This document shows, piece after piece, positions 1-8,182 of a DNA stretch of 32,000 bases. Under the pieces are notes generated by a model. The model was given only the letters and a program-made list of their open reading frames with translations. It was not told the origin of the DNA and made no database searches. The position numbers and the translations under genes were made by a program. Position 1 is the stretch's first letter. Each line of letters starts with the position of its first letter. The stretch is from Synechococcus elongatus PCC 6301 (GTDB taxonomy: Bacteria; Cyanobacteriota; Cyanobacteriia; Synechococcales; Synechococcaceae): NCBI RefSeq assembly GCF_000010065.1, contig NC_006576.1, positions 2,348,051 to 2,380,050 of the forward strand, given 5' to 3'.

Positions 1-345
1 GCCCGCACGATCGCGGGTTCTTCATTGGTGAAATCGGCAATTTTTGGTCGTGACCCCAACTGGGGTCGGATTGCGGCTGCTGCGGGTCGAGCTGGCGTCC
101 AGTTCAACTCGGAAAATCTGGGGGTTCGGCTGGGTGAGTTTGAACTACTCCGCAATGGCCAGCCGCTGCCCTTCGATCGCAATGCTGCCAGTCAATACCT
201 CCGCGATCGCGCTGCAGGCGCTTACCTGCAAGACGATACGGTACTAATCCAAGTAGACGTGGGTGCTGGTACTGGGCAAGGGGTTGCTTGGGGCTGCGAC
301 CTCAGCTATGACTATGTCCGCATCAATGCTGAATACACCACCTAA
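1..345 (+). CDS. argJ: ArgJ (bifunctional glutamate N-acetyltransferase / amino-acid acetyltransferase), C-terminal ~114 codons. The 5' end lies upstream of the window.
   Basis: Frame 1 is open from nt 1 ([29 protein letters not shown] ... [11 protein letters not shown]). This matches the conserved ArgJ beta-chain C-terminus. Stop TAA 343-345. Confidence 0.9.
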   Translation, partial: ARTIAGSSLVKSAIFGRDPNWGRIAAAAGRAGVQFNSENLGVRLGEFELLRNGQPLPFDRNAASQYLRDRAAGAYLQDDTVLIQVDVGAGTGQGVAWGCDLSYDYVRINAEYTT

Positions 346-380
346 AGGGCTCGATGCTCCCAGTGATCGTCAAAACAAAG

Positions 381-408
381 AAGGCCTTCAGGTGTCTTGA
401 AGACCTTT
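381..408. terminator. Bidirectional rho-independent terminator between convergent argJ and the 2OG-oxygenase-like gene
   Basis: AAGGCCTTCA (381-390) pairs with TGAAGACCTT (398-407). The stem is 10 bp with 1 mismatch and the loop is 7 nt. A T-run follows on the + strand (CCTTTTG) and on the - strand (CTTTGTTTTG). Confidence 0.6.
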
Positions 409-416
409 TGAGTAAA

Positions 417-1229
417 TTAGGGCAGGAGTCGCTTGATCAGCTGCTTGAGGCGTTGCCGTTTTGATCCGAGGTCCGCTGTCGTCACAGCGGGGCGACTTTC
501 GGGCAGCTCAAACACCACGTTAAACAGTCGTCGCTGCTGTCCTGCGGGGCAGGTGAGTGCCTCAACGCCATGCCACGCTTCAGGGGTATTGCGGAATAGG
601 AAGCAGCGGTTGTTGAGAAACTGTGTGGGGATGATGGTGCCAAATTGGTTGAAGTCGGGATTCATCACCTTGGTTTTACGATCGCCTAGAACCAGCGTTG
701 CCCCACCCCAAGCTGGATCCCAATTGGCATCGGTATTGAAGTAGAAAATCAGGGTGCCAATCTTCAGCTCGGAATCAAGGTGCGGCGACACTTCTGAACC
801 ACCCGTTCCCACATGCCAGGCAAAACGCATCAGGTAGCGATCGCTACCCAAGGCCTGACGAATGAATCGATGGAAAGACTCTGAAGTCTGAAGCTCAGTC
901 AAGAATTGCTGCCACGGTAAGGGCAGATCTGTGAGTCGAGCGACGCCAGGAGCTGAGGCGCCAGCACTTGGCCCGTGGTAAATCGATGTCTCGTAGGCCA
1001 GGTAGTAGCGATCGTGAGGGCGCTGGCCATAGTGCCGACTGCGGCTTTCATGGCGTTCAAATAGACTGAGCGGAGGGAACTGCGCACACAATTGCTCAAA
1101 TGCAGGAGCCGCAAGCAGCCCTACTGGGTTGAGCCACGGAAAAGGCGATCGCTGCAAGAAAGCATCCACGTCTAGGCCAGCGAGCACCTGCGGGTCTAGG
1201 AACGTTGTGGGAGCGAGCGTAGTGCCCAT
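417..1229 (-). CDS. Hypothetical protein, 2OG-Fe(II) oxygenase superfamily-like
   Basis: 270-aa ORF with an ATG start. It has an HxD...H facial-triad pattern (SPHLDSE ... EAWHGVEAL) and a downstream Arg (QQRRLFNVVF) in a beta-rich context typical of 2OG oxygenases. The substrate is unknown. Confidence 0.55.
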   Translation of the reverse strand: MGTTLAPTTFLDPQVLAGLDVDAFLQRSPFPWLNPVGLLAAPAFEQLCAQFPPLSLFERHESRSRHYGQRPHDRYYLAYETSIYHGPSAGASAPGVARLTDLPLPWQQFLTELQTSESFHRFIRQALGSDRYLMRFAWHVGTGGSEVSPHLDSELKIGTLIFYFNTDANWDPAWGGATLVLGDRKTKVMNPDFNQFGTIIPTQFLNNRCFLFRNTPEAWHGVEALTCPAGQQRRLFNVVFELPESRPAVTTADLGSKRQRLKQLIKRLLP

Positions 1230-1399
1230 CTTTGATTTTTAGAAACCAAGCCAGTTCTTAGTCTAGGGTTCGAAACCAGAAATGAGACTGCCGCCTAGAC
1301 CAGAATACCGGTGGTCACAGGTTGGTCTTTCTCGACAAGGATGGCAGGATACTGCCAAGCCCTCTGCTCCACTCTCTTTCTTCGGCCAAGGTTGACGCA

Positions 1400-2479
1400 A
1401 TGATTGGCTACATCATCCTGCTGGTCTGCACGATCGCGTTGTTTGCCCTGTTCTATGTGGGGCTGAATTTGCACTGGGGCTATACGGGGTTGCTCAACTT
1501 TGGCCATGTGGCTTTTCTGCTGATTGGGGCCTACAGTGTTTCCCTGCTGGCGCAGCAGGGCTGGCCGCTCTGGCTCGCCGCGATCGCAGGAGTGACTCTA
1601 GCGGCTCTCTTGGGCTTGGTGATGGGAGTGGCGAGCTTGCGACTGAGTCAGGATTACCTCGGCATCGTCACGGTTGGACTAGCGGAAGTACTGCGCATTT
1701 TTGTCCAAAACGAAACGGGCTTGACTCAAGGCAGCTTTGGCGTTCAGGCTTATCCGATCATTCTGCAGGGCTGGGAACCGCCAATCTGGCAAACTCATTT
1801 ACTGGTTGTGGGGCTGCTGGCGATCGCTGCTTGGGGCTATTGGCAACTGTGGCAGTGGTGGCGCAGTAGCGCGAGTCGGGGGAAACATTGGCTGGCGATC
1901 GTCGCCCTAGGGAGCAGTCTGATCGTTCTGCCGCCTGCGGCCTTGGGACTAGCGGACTATGAACGCTATCCGCGCTCGGGGCAAATGCTGCTGTTGCTGG
2001 GGGCGCTCTGGCTGACAGTCGCAGCGGTTGACCGCTTGGTGCGATCGCCCTGGGGGCGGGTGCTCAAGGCGATTCGCGAAGATGAAACGGTGGCGATCGC
2101 CCTCGGGAAGAATGTCCTGTCCTACAAGCTGCAATCCTTGGCACTGGGCGGGGCGATCGCGGGGCTAGCTGGAGTGTTCTATGCTTGGCAACTCACCGCC
2201 ATCTACCCCGATAATTTCCGGCCTCAGCTGACCTTTGACGTCTGGACGATGCTGGTACTGGGTGGGACTGCCCACCGGTTTGGACCTGTCCTAGGCGCAG
2301 CGGTGTTTTGGCTCTACGACAGTCTGACGCGATTTCTCCTCCCGGCGATCCTACCTTTGGATGGATCGCAGATTGGTGCCTTGCGAATTGCCTTGGTGGG
2401 ACTGTTGTTAATGGCCTTGATGATTTGGCGCCCCCAAGGCATCTTGGGACGACGGGAGGAACTGAGTCTTGGCCGCTGA
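1400..2479 (+). CDS. Branched-chain/neutral amino-acid ABC transporter permease, LivM type (NatC-like)
   Basis: Polytopic membrane protein whose N-terminus reads MIGYIILLVCTIALFALFYVGLNLHWGYTGLLNFGHVAF, typical of LivM. I prefer the ATG at 1400 over the ORF-track start at 1322 because the extra 26 residues are non-hydrophobic and not family-like. It overlaps the downstream ATPase gene by 11 nt. Confidence 0.85.
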   Translation: MIGYIILLVCTIALFALFYVGLNLHWGYTGLLNFGHVAFLLIGAYSVSLLAQQGWPLWLAAIAGVTLAALLGLVMGVASLRLSQDYLGIVTVGLAEVLRIFVQNETGLTQGSFGVQAYPIILQGWEPPIWQTHLLVVGLLAIAAWGYWQLWQWWRSSASRGKHWLAIVALGSSLIVLPPAALGLADYERYPRSGQMLLLLGALWLTVAAVDRLVRSPWGRVLKAIREDETVAIALGKNVLSYKLQSLALGGAIAGLAGVFYAWQLTAIYPDNFRPQLTFDVWTMLVLGGTAHRFGPVLGAAVFWLYDSLTRFLLPAILPLDGSQIGALRIALVGLLLMALMIWRPQGILGRREELSLGR

Positions 2480-3245
2480 GTCTTGGCTATTGGAAGCTGA
2501 AGGACTGAGTAAGCGCTTTGGCGGCTTGCAGGCGGTTCAGGATGTGCGGCTGCAGGTGGCTGAGGGGACAATCACCGGTTTGATTGGTCCGAACGGAGCG
2601 GGCAAGTCCACCCTATTTGCCCTGCTCTCGAACTTCCTCAAGGCAGATGCCGGAAAGGTGCGGTTTCGGGGCCGTGCGATCGAGAAGCTGCAGCCCTACC
2701 AATTGGCGCAGTTAGGTCTGGTGCGGACGTTTCAGGTGGCGCGATCGCTCTCCCGCCTGACGGTGCTAGAGAACATGTTGCTGGGCGGGCAACAACAGCG
2801 CGGGGAAAAGTTTTGGCAGGTTTGGCTCCACCCCCAAGCGATTCGTCGTCAAGAGCAAGAGCTGCGCGATCGCGCGTTCTCCCTCCTCAGTGATGTGGGG
2901 TTGGCTGCTAAAGCGCAGGACTACGCCGGCAGTCTTTCGGGTGGGCAACGCAAACTACTAGAAATGGCGCGAGCGCTAATGGCGCAGCCGCAGCTCGTGC
3001 TGTTGGATGAACCGGCCGCCGGGGTCAACCCAGCACTGATCGAAAAAATCTGTGATCACATCCAAACCTGGAATCAGCAGGGTATTAGTTTCTTGATCAT
3101 CGAACACAATATGGACGTGATCATGTCGCTCTGCGATCGCGTTTGGGTGTTGGCCGAGGGCAAAAACCTTGTGGATGGTCCGCCTGCCCAGATTCAACAG
3201 GATGAACAGGTTTTGGCAGCCTATTTGGGACTGGAACTTGCCTGA
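2469..3245 (+). CDS. ABC transporter ATP-binding protein, LivG type (NatA-like)
   Basis: Walker A GPNGAGKST, signature LSGGQRKLLEMARAL, Walker B LVLLDEPAAG, and the LivG-typical start LEAEGLSKRFGG. The start is TTG at 2469 (TTG at 2490 is an alternative). Pairing with the LivM-type gene mirrors the natC-natA pair of Anabaena, from memory. Confidence 0.88.
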   Translation: MAAESWLLEAEGLSKRFGGLQAVQDVRLQVAEGTITGLIGPNGAGKSTLFALLSNFLKADAGKVRFRGRAIEKLQPYQLAQLGLVRTFQVARSLSRLTVLENMLLGGQQQRGEKFWQVWLHPQAIRRQEQELRDRAFSLLSDVGLAAKAQDYAGSLSGGQRKLLEMARALMAQPQLVLLDEPAAGVNPALIEKICDHIQTWNQQGISFLIIEHNMDVIMSLCDRVWVLAEGKNLVDGPPAQIQQDEQVLAAYLGLELA

Positions 3246-4030
3246 ACGGAGTCTTGGCAGTGGGAACAGGTTGTTGCGACCACAGGCTGACCACAGGCTG
3301 GGCAGAGTTGATGCTGGGGTGTTTGGAGCTGGCGATCGACGGCAATTCGCTCATCAAAAACGAAGCAGTCCCCTTGCCAGTGATTCTCTTCTGGCGCGAT
3401 CGCTTCCAGATAGTTAAGAATTCCGCCTTCTAGCTGATAAACCGTTTCGATACCCTGTTCTAGGAGATAGGCAGAGGCCTTCTCACAACGGATACCGCCA
3501 GTGCAAAACATGGCAACCTTCGCTGGCGGCTGCGGTAAGAGTTGCTCTTGCACAAAGCGTGGAAAGTCACGGAAGCGATCGGTCTGAGGATCGATTGCCC
3601 GAGGGAAACTACCGAGAGCAATCTCAAAGCGGTTGCGCACATCAATCAGCACAACCTCAGGGTCTTGTAGCAATTGGTTCCAGTCCTGGGGGGCGACGAG
3701 GGTGCCTGTCCGTTCTGCTGGGTTCAATTCGGGACAACCCAAACTGACAATCTCAGGTTTCACCTTCACCTTGAGTCGGGCAAAAGGCCAATCGGTGACC
3801 GTGGCAGATTTGAAGCTGAGGTTGGCGAAGGGAGGATGCTGCTGGAGTTCCGACAGGAATTGAGCGATCGCTTCAGTGTTGCCCGCTAAGCCGGCGTTAA
3901 TGCCTTCAGGGGCCAGCAAAATCGTGCCTCGTAAGCCCAGCGCCGTGCAGAGATCCTGCAGCCACTGTCGCCAGCGATCGCAGTCTCCAAGCGCAACGAA
4001 ACGATAGAAGTTGATGAGAACGAGGCTCAT
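3221..4030 (-). CDS. trhO: Rhodanese-domain protein of the UPF0176/YceA family, tRNA uridine(34) hydroxylase TrhO
   Basis: N-terminus LINFYRFVAL...LLAPEGINAGLAG, the rhodanese active-site loop CTGGIRCEKAS, and a C-terminal Cys-rich tail CPACG...CSHC. Its ATG (4030-4028) overlaps the labA stop as ATGA. Its 3' end overlaps the convergent ABC ATPase CDS by 25 nt. Confidence 0.85.
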   Translation of the reverse strand: MSLVLINFYRFVALGDCDRWRQWLQDLCTALGLRGTILLAPEGINAGLAGNTEAIAQFLSELQQHPPFANLSFKSATVTDWPFARLKVKVKPEIVSLGCPELNPAERTGTLVAPQDWNQLLQDPEVVLIDVRNRFEIALGSFPRAIDPQTDRFRDFPRFVQEQLLPQPPAKVAMFCTGGIRCEKASAYLLEQGIETVYQLEGGILNYLEAIAPEENHWQGDCFVFDERIAVDRQLQTPQHQLCPACGQPVVATTCSHCQDSVQASSSPK

Positions 4031-4587
4031 GCCGGAGCAATGACGGGAGCACTGACAAACGGTTCAGGGCGCTCAGTCTTTTCGATAAAACTGCGAATAT
4101 CGTTCAGATCGATGTAGCGATCAGTGGCATTCCGTAACTCACGCGCGATCATGCCATCGGTCGATACGACAGTGATGTGAGTCTGCTTGGCGCGCAGCAG
4201 TTCAATGGCACGCTCGAAATCACCATCGCCACTGAAGAGCACAATTTCATCATATTGCTCAACCGTATTGAACATATCAATAACGATTTCAATATCTAAG
4301 TTAGCTCTCTGAAAATAACGATTGCCGTTGGACTCATCATGAAACTCCTTCAGCATTTTCGTCCGCACGGTATAGCCTAAGCTAACTAGTGCGTCCCGAA
4401 ACCCCCGTTGATCTTGGGGATCTTTGAGACCGGTATACCAATAAGCGTTAACCAGCTCAATTTCTGGTCGATTCGCAAAATAGTTCAGCACTCGACGAGG
4501 ATCAAAGAACCAACCGTTCTTTTGCTGTGCATAGAACATATTATTACCATCAATGAAGATGGCCAAGCGACTAGGGCGAAATGCCAT
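4027..4587 (-). CDS. labA: NYN (LabA-like, DUF88) domain protein, probably LabA, the 'low-amplitude and bright' circadian output factor
   Basis: The NYN/LabA-like signature is RLAIFIDGNNMFY...FSGDGDFERAIELLR. The specific LabA call rests on my memory of the S. elongatus locus order (labA nine genes from psbU). It was not verified by search. Confidence 0.65.
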   Translation of the reverse strand: MAFRPSRLAIFIDGNNMFYAQQKNGWFFDPRRVLNYFANRPEIELVNAYWYTGLKDPQDQRGFRDALVSLGYTVRTKMLKEFHDESNGNRYFQRANLDIEIVIDMFNTVEQYDEIVLFSGDGDFERAIELLRAKQTHITVVSTDGMIARELRNATDRYIDLNDIRSFIEKTERPEPFVSAPVIAPA

Positions 4588-4744
4588 AAAGTCTTGCCTT
4601 TAACAATCAGCGAAAGGTTACTAGCCTTACAACCATCCTATAAATTTGCTGACCACGCAATTACCAACTGGGTTGTCAGGTCTTGGTGAGTCGAGGGCTG
4701 AGGGGCTGTCAGGATGGTAACAGGAATCGTCTTTTGGGTAGAGC

Positions 4745-5251
4745 CTAGTTGCTGGGACTGAGGGTTGGAAGGGGGGTGGTCTCAGTCAAGCCTGGCGTTG
4801 GTGACTGACGACTGGTGTACCAAAAACCGACGATAACTCCCGCGATCGCGGCGAGAACTATCATCCCGATGAGGCGGTGGCGGTAAGGCTGCGGGACGGT
4901 CTTGATTGGTCGCTGTTCAGCTCTGACTGAGGCGGTTGGTGGTTGGTAGCCTGCGGTGAGGGTCTCTGCGAGCCGTAGGTTAGTTTGCCAGACTAGCTTG
5001 CCCTGGGCGGTACAACCCTGGATTTGCACCATCGATACAGGAATCTGCAGTTGGTGCAGGACCTCTGTCAGATACGGGCGCAGGAGGATCTGCTGCTCGG
5101 CCGTGACTCCCTTCAGCCTAAGCTGTAGTCCCGTCGAGGTTTTCTGCCCGCTGACGGTCACGCCTTGGGGCCGCAACTGGGTATCGAGGAGTGCGGCAAT
5201 GCTGTTAGCGTCCCCTTGCTGGGCTCTTTCGAGCGACTCCGTCATCCGCAT
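4745..5251 (-). CDS. Hypothetical protein with a C-terminal transmembrane anchor
   Basis: The ORF runs 4745..5356, but that start is TTG and its first 35 codons use atypical AT-rich codons. The ATG at 5251 (MRMTESLERAQQGDANSIAALL...) is preceded by GAGGG. One predicted TM helix (LIGMIVLAAIAGVIVGFWY) lies near the C-terminus. The function is unknown. Confidence 0.5.
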   Translation of the reverse strand: MRMTESLERAQQGDANSIAALLDTQLRPQGVTVSGQKTSTGLQLRLKGVTAEQQILLRPYLTEVLHQLQIPVSMVQIQGCTAQGKLVWQTNLRLAETLTAGYQPPTASVRAEQRPIKTVPQPYRHRLIGMIVLAAIAGVIVGFWYTSRQSPTPGLTETTPLPTLSPSN

Positions 5252-5416
5252 CTGATCACCCTCAGTAAAAGCACTTGGCAGTAACGTACACAGATCGCTG
5301 AGCAGTATTGCAAGGCAATAGGCGATCAGGAACTTTATCGATAGAATCTGGGGCAAAGCGGTGATCCCCGTTGATCCCCAGCGAGCGATCGCCAGTCGCT
5401 AAGGAATGATTTCCCT

Positions 5417-7012
5417 ATGAGCCTTGGATATCTTGCCCTAGTTCTGCACGCCCACCTACCCTTTGTGCGGCATCCCGAAAGTGACTATGTCTTAGAAGAA
5501 GAATGGCTCTATGAGGCCATCACTGAAACCTATGTGCCGCTGCTCTTGATGTTTGAGGGGCTGCAGCGGGATGGGGTGGATTTCAAGCTGACGATGAGTA
5601 TGACGCCGCCCCTGGTGTCGATGCTTCGCGATCCCCTGCTGCAAGAGCGCTACAGCAAGCACCTCGATCAATTGATCGAGCTGGCAGAAAAAGAGGTTGA
5701 CCACCATAGCCAGAATGGCCACCTGCGTTATTTGGCGGAGTACTACGTCGAAGAGTTCACACGGGTTCGTGAGACCTGGGAACGCTGCGATCGCGACCTC
5801 GTGTTGGCTTTAAAGCCCTTCCTGGAAAGCAACAACCTCGAAATCATTACCTGCGGAGCGACCCACGGCTATCTGCCGCTGATGCAGATGTATCCGCAGG
5901 CGGTCTGGGCTCAAATTCAGGTCGCCTGCCAGCACTACGAAGAAAACTTTGGGCGACCGGCGAAAGGGATCTGGCTGCCAGAGTGCGCTTACTACGAAGG
6001 AGTAGAGCGGATGCTAGCGGATGCTGGTCTCCGCTATTTCATCATGGATGGCCATGGCTTGCTCTATGCCCGCCCACGGCCACGGTTTGGCACCTATGCC
6101 CCGATTTTCACTGAGACTGGCGTGGCGGCCTTTGGACGCGACCATGAGTCTTCCCAGCAAGTTTGGTCCTCGGAAGTGGGCTATCCGGGCGCAGCTGAAT
6201 ATCGCGAGTTTTATAAAGACTTAGGTTGGGAAGCCGAGTACGAATACATTAAGCCCTACATCATGCCGAATGGGCAGCGTAAAAATACCGGCATTAAATA
6301 TCACAAAATCACAGGTCGTGGCCTCAGCTTGCATGAGAAAGCACTCTACGATCCCTATTGGGCACGAGAGAAAGCCGCTGAACATGCTGCCAACTTTATG
6401 TTTAATCGGCAACGGCAAATCTCTCACCTGAGCAGCATGATGGGCCGTCCGCCGATTGTGCTCTCGCCCTACGACGCTGAACTCTATGGCCACTGGTGGT
6501 ACGAAGGCCCTTGGTTCTTAGATTACCTATTCCGCAAGACTTGGTTTGACCAAAACCAGTTCTCAATGACCCATTTGGCCGACTATTTACGACAGCATCC
6601 TCAACAACAAGTTGCTCGCCCGAGTCAATCGAGCTGGGGCTTTAAGGGTTTCCATGAGTATTGGCTCAACGATACGAATGCTTGGATCTATCCCTATTTG
6701 CATAAGGCGGCAGAGCGGATGATTGAGCTAAGCCGTCGCGAGCCTGTTGATGAGTTGGAATGGCGAGCTTTAAATCAGGCAGCACGGGAATTGCTGTTAG
6801 CACAATCCTCGGACTGGGCGTTCATCATGCGAACAGGAACAATGGTGCCCTATGCTGTGCGACGCACTCGAGTTCATCTGCAGCGATTCACTAAGCTCTA
6901 CGATGATATTCTGGCTGGAAAAATTGACTCAGGCTGGCTTGAAAAGGTAGCAGCGATCGATAATATCTTCCCATCCATAAACTACCGAGTATATCGGCCT
7001 CTCGATGGCTAA
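5417..7012 (+). CDS. Glycoside hydrolase family 57 protein, 1,4-alpha-glucan branching enzyme type
   Basis: GH57 conserved regions are present: LVLHAHLPFVRHPE, GIWLPECAYYEG (nucleophile Glu region) and SPYDAELYGHWWYEGPWF (acid/base Asp region). At 531 aa the length is typical of Thermus/Thermococcus-type GH57 branching enzymes. Confidence 0.88.
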   Translation: MSLGYLALVLHAHLPFVRHPESDYVLEEEWLYEAITETYVPLLLMFEGLQRDGVDFKLTMSMTPPLVSMLRDPLLQERYSKHLDQLIELAEKEVDHHSQNGHLRYLAEYYVEEFTRVRETWERCDRDLVLALKPFLESNNLEIITCGATHGYLPLMQMYPQAVWAQIQVACQHYEENFGRPAKGIWLPECAYYEGVERMLADAGLRYFIMDGHGLLYARPRPRFGTYAPIFTETGVAAFGRDHESSQQVWSSEVGYPGAAEYREFYKDLGWEAEYEYIKPYIMPNGQRKNTGIKYHKITGRGLSLHEKALYDPYWAREKAAEHAANFMFNRQRQISHLSSMMGRPPIVLSPYDAELYGHWWYEGPWFLDYLFRKTWFDQNQFSMTHLADYLRQHPQQQVARPSQSSWGFKGFHEYWLNDTNAWIYPYLHKAAERMIELSRREPVDELEWRALNQAARELLLAQSSDWAFIMRTGTMVPYAVRRTRVHLQRFTKLYDDILAGKIDSGWLEKVAAIDNIFPSINYRVYRPLDG

Positions 7013-7031
7013 GTAATGCTGGATTCGCTGG

Positions 7032-7056
7032 GCTGACTAGGTAAGAATAAGTCAGC
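7032..7056 (+). terminator. Hairpin just downstream of the GH57 stop
   Basis: GCTGACT (7032-7038) pairs with AGTCAGC (7050-7056) around an 11-nt loop. There is no clear T-run. Confidence 0.35.
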
Positions 7057-7079
7057 TCAGTGAGCCGACAGGCAATACA

Positions 7080-7105
7080 ATAACGCTTGCTTAAGCAAGC
7101 GTTAT
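7080..7105. terminator. Perfect 26-bp palindrome acting as a hairpin between the convergent GH57 and methyltransferase genes
   Basis: ATAACGCTTGC-TTAA-GCAAGCGTTAT forms an 11-bp stem with a 4-nt loop. It sits 2 nt from the methyltransferase stop (7108-7110), so it can form in transcripts from either strand. Confidence 0.6.
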
Positions 7106-7107
7106 AT

Positions 7108-8148
7108 TCAGGTTCTTGGAGAAATGCCAACTACTAGATTGCCGCGTAACGATCGCGATCGCTGATGGTCATGGTCCCAGCAGCTGGAATAGTAGCCCCA
7201 GTTGAGGGTGCCCCCTGCCGCCAGAATCAGCTGATCAAGCTCATAGGCGCTGTATTCACGATAGTGATAATGACCGTCCCAGTTCCCCGCAAAGCCTGGA
7301 TGGTAAGGCTGGGGGTTTCTCCCTTGAGTGATCGGTAGAAGATTTTCAGACCGGAAATAGTTGGGAGTGCTGAGAATCAGTTGCCCCGATGGCTTTAAAC
7401 GGGTTAATAAAAACTGTAGGACGACTTGGGGATCAGCACAAAGATGCTCGAGGACTTCTGTAAAAATGATGCAGTCATAAAGACCTTGTTCTGGTAATTT
7501 ATCGGCTTGATCAATGTGCTCTAGATCGATCGCAAAATACTGATCAATTTGAAATTTCTGGCGACATTTAGCCTCAGTAAAGCCAATATAGTCATCTGCG
7601 ACAGGGCGATCGCTCAAGTCAAGAGTTAACTTTTCAAATAAGCGGGGATAAAGTGCAGAAGCTTCTGAGTTGCCGAATTCTAGAAGCCTAGCAGGGCGAT
7701 CGCCAATCACAAATTCAACCGCATTGAAGAGTTCCCAAAAGCGACCTTGATGAACTTTGAGATAGTCCTCTTGGCCGATAATCAACTCGCCCTTCAATAG
7801 TGATTGCCAGAATTGTTGGAAGTGAGTCAAATCTAATCGAGGGTCTTGCACAAATGGTGGCTCAGGCCACGCAGTATAGGCACGATCGGCAAGGATTCGC
7901 CAAATCTCTTGATCATCAATGATTGTGGAAGGAGGCTCTGGTTTAAAGGGCTGAAGGACTTGAGAAACAGTTGCTCCCTGGGTAAATGCCCTTTGAAAGC
8001 TTGCTAGCAGCTGGGCACTAGGGCTTTGGTCTGTGATGATTTGATAAGCAGCGATCGCAATCTGCAAAGAGTTAGCTCTGCGATCAGGAGTTCGGAATAA
8101 GCGATCGCGAATTTTCTTGATCTTTTTCTTGAGTCGGCTCAGGGGCAT
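7108..8148 (-). CDS. Class I SAM-dependent methyltransferase with a ~150-aa N-terminal extension of unknown function
   Basis: The methyltransferase core is LLEFGNSEAS...DCIIFTEVLEHLCADPQVVLQFLLTRLKPSGQLILSTPN (Methyltransf_11/23-like). Motif I is atypical (G-N-S rather than GxGxG). The ORF-track start at 8160 is TTG, and I prefer the ATG 4 codons downstream at 8148. Confidence 0.7.
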   Translation of the reverse strand: MPLSRLKKKIKKIRDRLFRTPDRRANSLQIAIAAYQIITDQSPSAQLLASFQRAFTQGATVSQVLQPFKPEPPSTIIDDQEIWRILADRAYTAWPEPPFVQDPRLDLTHFQQFWQSLLKGELIIGQEDYLKVHQGRFWELFNAVEFVIGDRPARLLEFGNSEASALYPRLFEKLTLDLSDRPVADDYIGFTEAKCRQKFQIDQYFAIDLEHIDQADKLPEQGLYDCIIFTEVLEHLCADPQVVLQFLLTRLKPSGQLILSTPNYFRSENLLPITQGRNPQPYHPGFAGNWDGHYHYREYSAYELDQLILAAGGTLNWGYYSSCWDHDHQRSRSLRGNLVVGISPRT

Positions 8149-8182
8149 TTGTCGATTCAATCTCGTTAGCTGCCGAACAGCT

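Noticed and set aside
1264-1278. tRNA T-loop-like string GGTTCGAAACC
   Set aside because: No acceptor, D or anticodon arms can be drawn around it. It lies in the loop of the 1261-1300 hairpin. It is not a tRNA or an obvious tRNA fragment.
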